Assembly: GCA_964057225.1 (NCBI GenBank)
Contig: OZ059894.1
Span: 8,184,001 to 8,248,000 of the forward strand
DNA from: Auanema rhodensis
Lineage: Eukaryota; Animalia; Nematoda
Length of the DNA: 64,000 nt
Reading direction: 5' to 3'
This document shows positions 1 through 11,400 of the stretch, in pieces (position 1 is the first letter of the stretch; every line of letters starts with the position of its first letter). Made by a program: the position numbers and the translations under genes. Below the pieces are notes generated by a model. That model saw nothing but the letters and a program-made list of their open reading frames with translations. It searched no databases and was not told the DNA's origin.

Positions 1-18
1 TTCCGTGGCGCAATAGGC

Positions 19-54
<36 letters not shown>

Positions 55-257
55 GAGCCCACCCGGGAGCGAAATATTTTTGGTTTCCACAGTTCCAATT
101 AAGCGAAATTAAAATTTTAATTCATCTACTTACGATCTCATTCATAAATTTTCTAGAAGGATTGGATAAGATAGACCAGAACATCAGAAAATATGGATCA
201 TTGACTGATCTAAAACAGAAGTAGAAACTTCACAAGTCTAGATTGTTGAGTATATGT

Positions 258-321
258 GCTTCCGTGGCGCAATAGGCAGCGCGTTCGGCAAAGGTTGGTG
301 GTTCGAGCCCACCCGGGAGCG
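258..321 (+). pseudogene. tRNA-Asn pseudogene lacking the anticodon loop (9-bp deletion)
   Basis: Reads gttcggc-aaaggttgg where all other units have gttcggcTGTTAACCGaaaggttgg; unit length 250. Confidence 0.9.
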
Positions 322-507
322 AAATATTTTTGGTTTCCACAGTTCCAATTAAGCAAAATTAAAATTTTAATTCATCTACTTACGATCTCAATCATAAATT
401 TTCTAGAAGGATTGGATAAGATAGACCAGAACATCAGAAAATATGGATCATTGACTGATCTAAAACAGAAGTAGAAACTTCACAAGTCTAGATTGTTGAG
501 TATATGT

Positions 508-527
508 GCTTCCGTGGCGCAATAGGC

Positions 528-563
<36 letters not shown>

Positions 564-580
564 GAGCCCACCCGGGAGCG
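508..580 (+). tRNA. trnN-GUU: tRNA-Asn(GTT), representative of about 108 complete copies in the window
   Basis: Cloverleaf: acceptor GCTTCCG/CGGGAGC, D stem GCGC/GCGC, anticodon stem TTCGG/CCGAA with loop CT-GTT-AA, T arm GGTGG-TTCGAGC-CCACC, discriminator G, no encoded CCA, followed by TTTTT. Confidence 0.97.
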
Positions 581-1045
581 AAATATTTTTGGTTTCCACA
601 GTTCCAATTAAGCAAAATTAAAATTTTAATTCATCTACTTACGATCTCATTCATAAATTTTCTAGAAGGATTGGATAAGATAGACCAGAACATCAGAAAA
701 TATGGATCATTGACTGATCTAAAACAGAAGTAGAAACTTCACAAGTCTAGATTGTTGAGTATATGTGCTTCCGTGGCGCAATAGGCAGCGCGTTCGGCTG
801 TTAACCGAAAGATTGGTGGTTCGAGCCCACCCGGGAGCGAAACATTTTTGGTTTCCACAGTTCCAATTAAGCAAAATTAAAATTTTAATTCATCTACTTA
901 CGATCTCCTTCATAAATTTTCTAGAAGGATTGGATAAGATAGACCAGAACATCAGAAAATATGGATCATTGACTGATCTAAAACAGAAGTAGAAACTTCA
1001 CAAGTCTAGATTGTTGAGTATATGTGCTTCCGTGGCGCAATAGGC

Positions 1046-1081
<36 letters not shown>

Positions 1082-1284
1082 GAGCCCACCCGGGAGCGAA
1101 ACATTTTTGGTTTCCACAGTTCCAATTAAGCAAAATTAAAATTTTAATTCATCTACTTACGATCTCCTTCATAAATTTTCTAGAAGGATTGGATAAGATA
1201 GACCAGAACATCAGAAAATATGGATCATTGACTGATCTAAAACAGAAGTAGAAACTTCACAAGTCTAGATTGTTGAGTATATGT

Positions 1285-1319
1285 GCTTCCGTGGCGCAAT
1301 AGGCAGCGCGTTCGGCTGT
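1285..1319 (+). pseudogene. 5' half of a tRNA-Asn split at the anticodon loop by element A1 (3' half at 19533-19574)
   Basis: Ends ...ttcggCTGT and resumes CTGTtaaccg at 19533; CTGT is duplicated. Confidence 0.95.
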
Positions 1320-1664
1320 CGTTCCGTTATGCTCCTGCGTCGATAATATAAACCATTGTAGTTTATACTATGACGCGCATAGTATTCCTTGGTGTAGCGG
1401 TAAGGAATAAAGAGCATAAGGTCAATCATAAGATAAAAGAGAGAAAGATTTATTGGCATGAAACTACAACAATAATATACAAAGATAAAGATACAATACA
1501 ATAAGATAAATATAAGTATAAAGACTAAACTACAAGCCGTCCATGAGCTTGCTAAGAGGCGAACTCCCGACCAAGGGAACGAGGGAAGGCGGAGCCATTC
1601 CTCGGTCCTCTGGTCGTCTGGCTCTAACCCTTCAGCTACATATATGGGGAGTCCGAATGGAACG
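1320..1664 (-). repeat. Family A LTR (outer 3' LTR, 345 bp)
   Basis: CGTTCC...GGAACG terminal inverted repeat; polypurine tract GAAAAAGGG adjacent on the minus strand (about 1667-1675). Confidence 0.95.
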
Positions 1665-2361
1665 TGCCCTTTTTCAAAGATTTTTCGCGTCCGCGCGATA
1701 TAAAGTGTTTTTAGTGTATATGTAGCTGAGTTTTAGAGTCTAGGAGTCTACAAATAAAATTAAAAGTTTTAAAATCTACATGTAGAAAGATATATAAATA
1801 GTTTTAATAGGTTTCTTTATGGTATTAAGATAGAATTTGAATACAATAATAGGTTTTATGTTATTTTGTAACGGAGGATTAGAAAATAAATTTAGTCACT
1901 GTAGTACTGTAATAAAAAAAAAATTTTTCTTTGTTTCATGAATGTGTGATTTATGTGAGACAATAAGGAATTATTAAACATTTCGGTTACATGGTTACTC
2001 GTATCCTAATGATGATGGGGATAATTTTAGTTAATAATTTACTCGTCTCCATATGTCTCTCTGAATGAATCCTTGAGTACTAATGGAGGCTACCACTCAG
2101 ATGGGGTGTGGCTTAGGCGCCTGCCAATGTTCGTCTCTTCTTGGAGATACATATGGAGCTCAGTTCAGCGCAAAATATTATCTCTATCGGTCGTATAGGA
2201 TTACGGTAGCCATTTATTTCTATTATATTTTCACTTATTCCTTATTTTTGGTTGTTTACTCACTTAATCTCTCATCAAAAAGTTTTCTAATTCACCGTTA
2301 CTTTCATTTTACAATTTACAGAAAAGAAAGAATGTATATAAAGTTATTTCTTGTCGTCTTT

Positions 2362-5300
2362 TCATGCTTTCTCTTTTTGATTTTTCATCCGTGGTAACCA
2401 TAATTCATCTCCATCTTCGTTCTCTGATTCCGGTTCGCTATCGGTGTTATCTTGCTCGCTTCTTTTGATCACTCTTAGTATCTCTATATCGCTGTCCTCT
2501 TCTTCTTCTTCGTAATTGTTGCTTGTATTAGAGCGGGTATTGTGAGTGATATTTTGAGTCGCGTTTGAGAAGAGTTTGAGATTATCCTTGTGGATATCTT
2601 GTATCTTTCCTGATGAATTCCTTATCTGCACCTTGGATCCTTGTACGTTAATAACTTCGTAAGGTCCGTCATAGCTTTTCCTCAGTTTCTGACCAATTTT
2701 ATGTGACTTTATTGTTGTCATCACCATGTCGCCGGGTTGAATGTTCCTTTCGTGCGTCCTTTGTGTTCTATCCTTCTTCTTTCTGGCGTTTTCTTGGTTT
2801 TGGGCGATACGTTCACGTATTATTTGGTCTATTTTCATCATTTGAGGTCTTCTCGTGAGTAATTCTTCCGAAATCTCTTTGATTTTTGTTATGGTTCCCG
2901 GTAATTCGGCATCAATTTTCATTCTGCATTCTTTTCCAAAAAGTGCTACGTATGGGGCTATGCCTGTTGTAGCATGCTGAATGTTATTGATAGCGAATGT
3001 AATTTTCGGCAATACGCCATCCCAGTCGCTTAGATCTTCCTTCAAGTAGTGTGTTAATCCTTCCTCAAGAGTTCTGTGTAGTCTTTCGACTTGTCCGTTT
3101 GAGTTCTTTTGGTGAGGAAGGGTGGGTTCATGTTGAATTCCCAGTTTTGTACACATTTCTTCAAACTTTTGAGATACAAAATTAGATCCTCTATCGGTGA
3201 TCAGTCGATGAGGCGGTCCGTATATGTATACAAAGTTGCGTAGAAATCTGTCAATTGTTATTTCTGTCGTAATTTGCGGTACTGCTATCGTTGTTGACCA
3301 TTTAGTAAAAGCATCCTGGATGGTAATAACGTAAGTACAATTCCTTTTTGACGGGGGAAAAGGTCCCATTACATCCATATGAACTCGTTCAAAAGGCTTG
3401 GTCGGTATTTCAAATTGACCTATTGGCTGTACTGTCATAGAATGTGGGTCCTTCTTCCTTTGTGCGCATTTAATGCAGTTTTTGATATATATCATGATAT
3501 CATTTTGCATGTTGGTCCAATAAAATCTCCGTAGGATAGCTTCTTTAGTTTTATTAATTCCTTGATGCGCTGCGATTGTAGGATCTTCGTGAAATAATTC
3601 TATTATCTCGTCCTTGATTGGATGATCTTGTGGCACAACGATTGCAGGATGTGGTTTCTTGTCTGTTGGTTTTGTGTAGAGTAATCCATTTATAACGCAA
3701 TATCTATCGTTAGAGACCATTTTCTTTTGCGTTCTATATTCGATGTCCGCGATTGTTTTCTTTATCCATAGAGTATTTTGTTGAATTTCTTTTATAGCAG
3801 GTGTATCAATAGTATTTATTCTGATCGATTCTGCGTTTTTCTTTTTCTTCTTTTCCGGCTTTGCATCATTTGCTTCATCGCCTATATAACGTGACAATGC
3901 ATCACATACTTTATTGAGCTGGCCCTCTCTGTACCTTATCTCAATGTCGTATTCTTGTATTACTAACTGAAATTTAGCAAGACGACCAAATAGGTCTCTG
4001 CGAGTTAGTAAACTTGTGAGAGGGCGATGGTCAGTGATACATATAGTATGCGTTCCCAGTATGTATGTGCGAAATTGATTCAGTGCGTATACTAACCCTA
4101 AGGCTTCAATTTCGATTGGTGCGTAATTGCGTTCCGCTTTTACCAGTTTTCTGCTGGCAAATGCGATAGGATGAAGATGCTTCAATGGTTGCGTGGGATC
4201 TTCTGGTTGCAATAATACTGCGCCCACTGCTATGTTGCTGCCGTCACTCTCGATAATGAATAATCGATCAGATTTTGGTGGACTTAATACAGGCGCTTGG
4301 GTGAGACTTCTTTTTAATCGATCTACAGCTTCCTGATGTTGCTTTTCCCAAGCGAATTCGGTATCCGTCTTTGTCAAATCGTACAATGGGCTTGCGATAC
4401 TTGCAAAATCTTTAATGAATTTGCGAAAAAATCCAACCATTCCTAAGAATGCGCGAACGCCTGTTGCGTTCTTTGGTGCCGGATATTCTTGTATCGCAGC
4501 CACTTTTTGAGGGTCCGGTTTTATTCCTTCTCTTCCAATTATTAATCCGAGAAATTTTACTTCTGGTTGAGCAAAGGCACATTTCTTTAACTTAATTTTC
4601 ATTCCCAAACTTTCGACCGCATGTAATAATTCGTCGATATCTTCAAGGTGTTGCTTTCTTGTATCAGAGATTATCAGCAGATCGTCCAAGTATACAAATA
4701 ATTTGCAAGAGCATTTACTTTGCAAATATCTTACTGCTGTTTGAAAAGTATGAGGGGCTCCGCAGAGACCCATAGGCATTCTTTTATATTGATACGTGCC
4801 TGATGTTGTTGTAAATGCTGTTAAAGGACGATCAGATTTACGTAGTGATATTTGAAAAAATCCTGATACTAAATCGAAGTTTGAGAAGAATTGAGCTCCA
4901 GCTGCCATGTCAACTATATCCGATATGCTTGGTATAACGTATGTTTGTTTACGCGTGACACTATTGAGGGCTCGAAAATCTGTCACGAACCTATATGTCT
5001 CATCCTTCTTCTTCACTAGCACAGCAGGGCTATTGAAGAGGGATGTAGAGGGTTCGATTATGCCTTGCTCTAGCATTTCTTTTACTTGCTTTTCCACTTC
5101 TTCCTGTTTACCAAGTGGAATCCTCGTTATTCTTGACCTTGGCATGTCCATATCCGATCTTAGTGGGATTGTATGCTCAATGGGTCCTTTAAATAGACCT
5201 ATCTTCCTATCTTCATTAAGAAAGGCCTCACGATGGTTCTTAACTATGTTTGTGAGCTCGTGCTTGTCTTCATTATTCAAATCTGCTTTATCCAGATTAA

Positions 5301-7455
5301 GGTCATTCATAAAATTTCTTGGAAAGTGGGGTAATTTATTCTCCCAATCTGCTTCTGGTGGAATATATGGTTGCATAGGGTCTTCTTGTATTGTTTGCCA
5401 ACTTGGTACTTCTCCTATTGTTGCCTGCCCTATGACTGAATTAGCTTCCATAGCTAATGTTTTGTCCGTATTGTTACGGAAAACTACATATACTCCACTT
5501 GTCTCACGGAAAGCTGTTGGATAACTTGAAGCTAATGCATTTCCGTTGTCTCCTAAGATTACCACTTCGTTTGATTTAAGTGGTCTATCAGCTTTGATTG
5601 GAATAGTGGACTCTTCGTCGGGTTGTATGATTCTTTTCTTCAAATTGATGATATTTACTGTTATTGACGTTTGTTTAATGGCGTCCTGTTCAATTAAAGG
5701 GAGTGCGTAATTTCCGATCTCTAGCATCTTTTTCGATGGTTTTAAACTGACATCAATGTTTTCACTGTCGAGCGTGCTCATAAAGTCCATCCCAATAAGA
5801 GCAGGGGCTGGGCAATCACAGTCATTTGAGACCAAAAAGGTATGTTCTATCTCATAGCCAGCAATTTCGATGTTTAAATTTATTTTTCCGTATAATGTAA
5901 ACGTTGTTTTGTTTGCTGCCATTGCCACTAATCGTCGCTTTTTGACGTGTTGAGCCATGTTCAGGTATTTTAATGTCGATAACCTGACATATGAGACTGA
6001 CGAGCCTGAATCCCATAAAGCTAATATCAGCTTATCTTCTACTGATATATAGATAAGTGGTAGCTTTGTTTCTTTTGATTTAATGGAAGCAATAAATGGT
6101 ATTGCTAGTGGAATGAATGTTACGAGCGCCGGGTAATACTGCTTCATTATATTTTCTGGCATTGGTTGGTCTGGGCGGCTAACGAGTTCTAATGTTTCCT
6201 CGTAGCCTGGGGGCTCGTTGTCTGCTCTTTGAATATGCATGACTGGTAGTGGCATTGCTTTGAAAAAGTAAAATTTTCCGGCAAAGATGGTAATTATGAT
6301 TGCTGCAATGATTAGAACAGTAGATCCTATTAATATTAAGGTTCTTTCAATTGTCCCCATTAAGAATTGTTTTATGCTATTCCAGGCTGTAGTTGTGAAC
6401 TCAGTTGCTTTCGAAATATAATCGCTGCCCTTTTTCAAAAGAATAAAGGCTGACGTTATCTTTGGGTCGCTGTGAATCGTATTTAGTACGTGATTTTGTC
6501 GTATTGAAGCTAAACTAGCTCCATACGCTATTGCGGTAGTCATTGAATAGACTCTTGATGAAAGATTAGTATAAAGATGAGCACCTGTAAATTTTAAAGG
6601 CGTAACTTTATGTTGGTGAGCTCCATCAAAAAGTGTGATGGGATTGACTTCCGCAGACCCATTAATGTTCATCCATTCCCCGTTTTTCTCATAAATATCA
6701 GTTGGTACGTGTTCGCAGTCGATTTCTTTCCCGTACGAGAGTAAATCTCTTGATCCCGGTGCTGCGAAATATAATTTGTTGTCTTCGGTTGTTACTGGTG
6801 TCTCTAAGTAACATGTTTCATTGATTTTATGAGAGTGGTGAACGGTTTTAGGCTCTATTGGTAGGCATATATGAACATGAACTATTTCGCTGCCCACGAA
6901 ACGCGCTGCTATGTCTTCTCTGCCAAGGATTGTTCTCATTGCTATGGTTGGCTCTATTTGGAGAATTGAACGCCACAATTCGAGATATCTATTTTGTATC
7001 TCGCATATGGATTCGTAAGATTCCATAAAATGCTTTTGCAATTCTTCCTGTATAAGAGTGGTTGCATATTGTAGATGATCTTGCGCTATTCTCTGAGATA
7101 TATTCTGTTTATATTGTATCTCGTTGTTTACTTTGGAGCCTATATAATGTGCTTGCGCTTGTACTGCTTTCGTTTCAATCTCCAAAGGTGGTGATGACGT
7201 TCTCTGCTTTCTTTGCGATCTTAAAGACATATCTGTGACCGTTGCAAACGTAGTAATAGGCTGTTCTTTGTGAACACCATATATTAATGTAACCGTTGTT
7301 GGCGCGCGCGTGGATGTTATGGTTTGAGTTGTATCGATCTCTGGCGTTGTTTGAGGGTCCTGGATTAGCTGTGTTACTTCCGTTGTTGTCGTTATATATT
7401 CAGTTTTGTCCGTCAGGCGTCTGGTTGAGTAGGGAGGTGTTCTTTTATCCTCTAG
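2362..7455 (-). CDS. pol: 5'-truncated duplicate of the family A polyprotein (C-terminal env portion, protease, RT, RNase H, integrase)
   Basis: Copy of 8498-13591 at offset 6136; LWDSGS, YLDD, HHCC, D-D-E and GPY motifs; ORF track 2362-7230. Confidence 0.9.
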   Translation of the reverse strand, partial: LEDKRTPPYSTRRLTDKTEYITTTTEVTQLIQDPQTTPEIDTTQTITSTRAPTTVTLIYGVHKEQPITTFATVTDMSLRSQRKQRTSSPPLEIETKAVQAQAHYIGSKVNNEIQYKQNISQRIAQDHLQYATTLIQEELQKHFMESYESICEIQNRYLELWRSILQIEPTIAMRTILGREDIAARFVGSEIVHVHICLPIEPKTVHHSHKINETCYLETPVTTEDNKLYFAAPGSRDLLSYGKEIDCEHVPTDIYEKNGEWMNINGSAEVNPITLFDGAHQHKVTPLKFTGAHLYTNLSSRVYSMTTAIAYGASLASIRQNHVLNTIHSDPKITSAFILLKKGSDYISKATEFTTTAWNSIKQFLMGTIERTLILIGSTVLIIAAIIITIFAGKFYFFKAMPLPVMHIQRADNEPPGYEETLELVSRPDQPMPENIMKQYYPALVTFIPLAIPFIASIKSKETKLPLIYISVEDKLILALWDSGSSVSYVRLSTLKYLNMAQHVKKRRLVAMAANKTTFTLYGKINLNIEIAGYEIEHTFLVSNDCDCPAPALIGMDFMSTLDSENIDVSLKPSKKMLEIGNYALPLIEQDAIKQTSITVNIINLKKRIIQPDEESTIPIKADRPLKSNEVVILGDNGNALASSYPTAFRETSGVYVVFRNNTDKTLAMEANSVIGQATIGEVPSWQTIQEDPMQPYIPPEADWENKLPHFPRNFMNDLNLDKADLNNEDKHELTNIVKNHREAFLNEDRKIGLFKGPIEHTIPLRSDMDMPRSRITRIPLGKQEEVEKQVKEMLEQGIIEPSTSLFNSPAVLVKKKDETYRFVTDFRALNSVTRKQTYVIPSISDIVDMAAGAQFFSNFDLVSGFFQISLRKSDRPLTAFTTTSGTYQYKRMPMGLCGAPHTFQTAVRYLQSKCSCKLFVYLDDLLIISDTRKQHLEDIDELLHAVESLGMKIKLKKCAFAQPEVKFLGLIIGREGIKPDPQKVAAIQEYPAPKNATGVRAFLGMVGFFRKFIKDFASIASPLYDLTKTDTEFAWEKQHQEAVDRLKRSLTQAPVLSPPKSDRLFIIESDGSNIAVGAVLLQPEDPTQPLKHLHPIAFASRKLVKAERNYAPIEIEALGLVYALNQFRTYILGTHTICITDHRPLTSLLTRRDLFGRLAKFQLVIQEYDIEIRYREGQLNKVCDALSRYIGDEANDAKPEKKKKKNAESIRINTIDTPAIKEIQQNTLWIKKTIADIEYRTQKKMVSNDRYCVINGLLYTKPTDKKPHPAIVVPQDHPIKDEIIELFHEDPTIAAHQGINKTKEAILRRFYWTNMQNDIMIYIKNCIKCAQRKKDPHSMTVQPIGQFEIPTKPFERVHMDVMGPFPPSKRNCTYVITIQDAFTKWSTTIAVPQITTEITIDRFLRNFVYIYGPPHRLITDRGSNFVSQKFEEMCTKLGIQHEPTLPHQKNSNGQVERLHRTLEEGLTHYLKEDLSDWDGVLPKITFAINNIQHATTGIAPYVALFGKECRMKIDAELPGTITKIKEISEELLTRRPQMMKIDQIIRERIAQNQENARKKKDRTQRTHERNIQPGDMVMTTIKSHKIGQKLRKSYDGPYEVINVQGSKVQIRNSSGKIQDIHKDNLKLFSNATQNITHNTRSNTSNNYEEEEEDSDIEILRVIKRSEQDNTDSEPESENEDGDELWLPRMKNQKEKA

Positions 7456-7800
7456 CGTTCCGTTATGCTCCTGCGTCGATAATATAAACCATTGTAGTTT
7501 ATACTATGACGCGCATAGTATTCCTTGGTGTAGCGGTAAGGAATAAAGAGCATAAGGTCAATCATAAGATAAAAGAGAGAAAGATTTATTGGCATGAAAC
7601 TACAACAATAATATACAAAGATAAAGATACAATACAATAAGATAAATATAAGTATAAAGACTAAACTACAAGCCGTCCATGAGCTTGCTAAGAGGCGAAC
7701 TCCCGACCAAGGGAACGAGGGAAGGCGGAGCCATTCCTCGGTCCTCTGGTCGTCTGGCTCTAACCCTTCAGCTACATATATGGGGAGTCCGAATGGAACG
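7456..7800 (-). repeat. Family A LTR (internal; 3' LTR of the full-length copy)
   Basis: Same sequence as 1320-1664. Confidence 0.95.
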
Positions 7801-8497
7801 TGCCCTTTTTCAAAGATTTTTCGCGTCCGCGCGATATAAAGTGTTTTTAGTGTATATGTAGCTGAGTTTTAGAGTCTAGGAGTCTACAAATAAAATTAAA
7901 AGTTTTAAAATCTACATGTAGAAAGATATATAAATAGTTTTAATAGGTTTCTTTATGGTATTAAGATAGAATTTGAATACAATAATAGGTTTTATGTTAT
8001 TTTGTAACGGAGGATTAGAAAATAAATTTAGTCACTGTAGTACTGTAATAAAAAAAAAATTTTTCTTTGTTTCATGAATGTGTGATTTATGTGAGACAAT
8101 AAGGAATTATTAAACATTTCGGTTACATGGTTACTCGTATCCTAATGATGATGGGGATAATTTTAGTTAATAATTTACTCGTCTCCATATGTCTCTCTGA
8201 ATGAATCCTTGAGTACTAATGGAGGCTACCACTCAGATGGGGTGTGGCTTAGGCGCCTGCCAATGTTCGTCTCTTCTTGGAGATACATATGGAGCTCAGT
8301 TCAGCGCAAAATATTATCTCTATCGGTCGTATAGGATTACGGTAGCCATTTATTTCTATTATATTTTCACTTATTCCTTATTTTTGGTTGTTTACTCACT
8401 TAATCTCTCATCAAAAAGTTTTCTAATTCACCGTTACTTTCATTTTACAATTTACAGAAAAGAAAGAATGTATATAAAGTTATTTCTTGTCGTCTTT

Positions 8498-11400
8498 TCA
8501 TGCTTTCTCTTTTTGATTTTTCATCCGTGGTAACCATAATTCATCTCCATCTTCGTTCTCTGATTCCGGTTCGCTATCGGTGTTATCTTGCTCGCTTCTT
8601 TTGATCACTCTTAGTATCTCTATATCGCTGTCCTCTTCTTCTTCTTCGTAATTGTTGCTTGTATTAGAGCGGGTATTGTGAGTGATATTTTGAGTCGCGT
8701 TTGAGAAGAGTTTGAGATTATCCTTGTGGATATCTTGTATCTTTCCTGATGAATTCCTTATCTGCACCTTGGATCCTTGTACGTTAATAACTTCGTAAGG
8801 TCCGTCATAGCTTTTCCTCAGTTTCTGACCAATTTTATGTGACTTTATTGTTGTCATCACCATGTCGCCGGGTTGAATGTTCCTTTCGTGCGTCCTTTGT
8901 GTTCTATCCTTCTTCTTTCTGGCGTTTTCTTGGTTTTGGGCGATACGTTCACGTATTATTTGGTCTATTTTCATCATTTGAGGTCTTCTCGTGAGTAATT
9001 CTTCCGAAATCTCTTTGATTTTTGTTATGGTTCCCGGTAATTCGGCATCAATTTTCATTCTGCATTCTTTTCCAAAAAGTGCTACGTATGGGGCTATGCC
9101 TGTTGTAGCATGCTGAATGTTATTGATAGCGAATGTAATTTTCGGCAATACGCCATCCCAGTCGCTTAGATCTTCCTTCAAGTAGTGTGTTAATCCTTCC
9201 TCAAGAGTTCTGTGTAGTCTTTCGACTTGTCCGTTTGAGTTCTTTTGGTGAGGAAGGGTGGGTTCATGTTGAATTCCCAGTTTTGTACACATTTCTTCAA
9301 ACTTTTGAGATACAAAATTAGATCCTCTATCGGTGATCAGTCGATGAGGCGGTCCGTATATGTATACAAAGTTGCGTAGAAATCTGTCAATTGTTATTTC
9401 TGTCGTAATTTGCGGTACTGCTATCGTTGTTGACCATTTAGTAAAAGCATCCTGGATGGTAATAACGTAAGTACAATTCCTTTTTGACGGGGGAAAAGGT
9501 CCCATTACATCCATATGAACTCGTTCAAAAGGCTTGGTCGGTATTTCAAATTGACCTATTGGCTGTACTGTCATAGAATGTGGGTCCTTCTTCCTTTGTG
9601 CGCATTTAATGCAGTTTTTGATATATATCATGATATCATTTTGCATGTTGGTCCAATAAAATCTCCGTAGGATAGCTTCTTTAGTTTTATTAATTCCTTG
9701 ATGCGCTGCGATTGTAGGATCTTCGTGAAATAATTCTATTATCTCGTCCTTGATTGGATGATCTTGTGGCACAACGATTGCAGGATGTGGTTTCTTGTCT
9801 GTTGGTTTTGTGTAGAGTAATCCATTTATAACGCAATATCTATCGTTAGAGACCATTTTCTTTTGCGTTCTATATTCGATGTCCGCGATTGTTTTCTTTA
9901 TCCATAGAGTATTTTGTTGAATTTCTTTTATAGCAGGTGTATCAATAGTATTTATTCTGATCGATTCTGCGTTTTTCTTTTTCTTCTTTTCCGGCTTTGC
10001 ATCATTTGCTTCATCGCCTATATAACGTGACAATGCATCACATACTTTATTGAGCTGGCCCTCTCTGTACCTTATCTCAATGTCGTATTCTTGTATTACT
10101 AACTGAAATTTAGCAAGACGACCAAATAGGTCTCTGCGAGTTAGTAAACTTGTGAGAGGGCGATGGTCAGTGATACATATAGTATGCGTTCCCAGTATGT
10201 ATGTGCGAAATTGATTCAGTGCGTATACTAACCCTAAGGCTTCAATTTCGATTGGTGCGTAATTGCGTTCCGCTTTTACCAGTTTTCTGCTGGCAAATGC
10301 GATAGGATGAAGATGCTTCAATGGTTGCGTGGGATCTTCTGGTTGCAATAATACTGCGCCCACTGCTATGTTGCTGCCGTCACTCTCGATAATGAATAAT
10401 CGATCAGATTTTGGTGGACTTAATACAGGCGCTTGGGTGAGACTTCTTTTTAATCGATCTACAGCTTCCTGATGTTGCTTTTCCCAAGCGAATTCGGTAT
10501 CCGTCTTTGTCAAATCGTACAATGGGCTTGCGATACTTGCAAAATCTTTAATGAATTTGCGAAAAAATCCAACCATTCCTAAGAATGCGCGAACGCCTGT
10601 TGCGTTCTTTGGTGCCGGATATTCTTGTATCGCAGCCACTTTTTGAGGGTCCGGTTTTATTCCTTCTCTTCCAATTATTAATCCGAGAAATTTTACTTCT
10701 GGTTGAGCAAAGGCACATTTCTTTAACTTAATTTTCATTCCCAAACTTTCGACCGCATGTAATAATTCGTCGATATCTTCAAGGTGTTGCTTTCTTGTAT
10801 CAGAGATTATCAGCAGATCGTCCAAGTATACAAATAATTTGCAAGAGCATTTACTTTGCAAATATCTTACTGCTGTTTGAAAAGTATGAGGGGCTCCGCA
10901 GAGACCCATAGGCATTCTTTTATATTGATACGTGCCTGATGTTGTTGTAAATGCTGTTAAAGGACGATCAGATTTACGTAGTGATATTTGAAAAAATCCT
11001 GATACTAAATCGAAGTTTGAGAAGAATTGAGCTCCAGCTGCCATGTCAACTATATCCGATATGCTTGGTATAACGTATGTTTGTTTACGCGTGACACTAT
11101 TGAGGGCTCGAAAATCTGTCACGAACCTATATGTCTCATCCTTCTTCTTCACTAGCACAGCAGGGCTATTGAAGAGGGATGTAGAGGGTTCGATTATGCC
11201 TTGCTCTAGCATTTCTTTTACTTGCTTTTCCACTTCTTCCTGTTTACCAAGTGGAATCCTCGTTATTCTTGACCTTGGCATGTCCATATCCGATCTTAGT
11301 GGGATTGTATGCTCAATGGGTCCTTTAAATAGACCTATCTTCCTATCTTCATTAAGAAAGGCCTCACGATGGTTCTTAACTATGTTTGTGAGCTCGTGCT

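Larger units (their letters stand above)
1..1319 (+). repeat. tRNA-Asn(GTT) tandem array, block 1 (5 units plus one split gene; continues beyond window start)
   Basis: 259-bp period; each unit is a 73-nt tRNA, a T5 Pol III terminator and an AT-rich spacer. Confidence 0.97.

Noticed and set aside
1315-1319. 5-bp TSD GCTGT for A1
   Set aside because: A2 and A3 show that the terminal G belongs to the LTR, so the TSD is 4 bp.
1265-1725. Short ORFs inside family A LTRs (MYCIF..., MSLLRG...)
   Set aside because: Their ends vary with the flanking sequence and one is broken by an indel in A2; no coding signal.
2083-2397. 104-aa ORF MEATTQMG... in the family A 3' UTR as a second antisense gene
   Set aside because: Low-complexity hydrophobic tail from AT-rich DNA; truncated in A3 and not maintained in A2.
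4907-5524. 205-aa antisense ORF (also 11043-11660)
   Set aside because: Shadow frame opposite reverse transcriptase; no motif or independent support.
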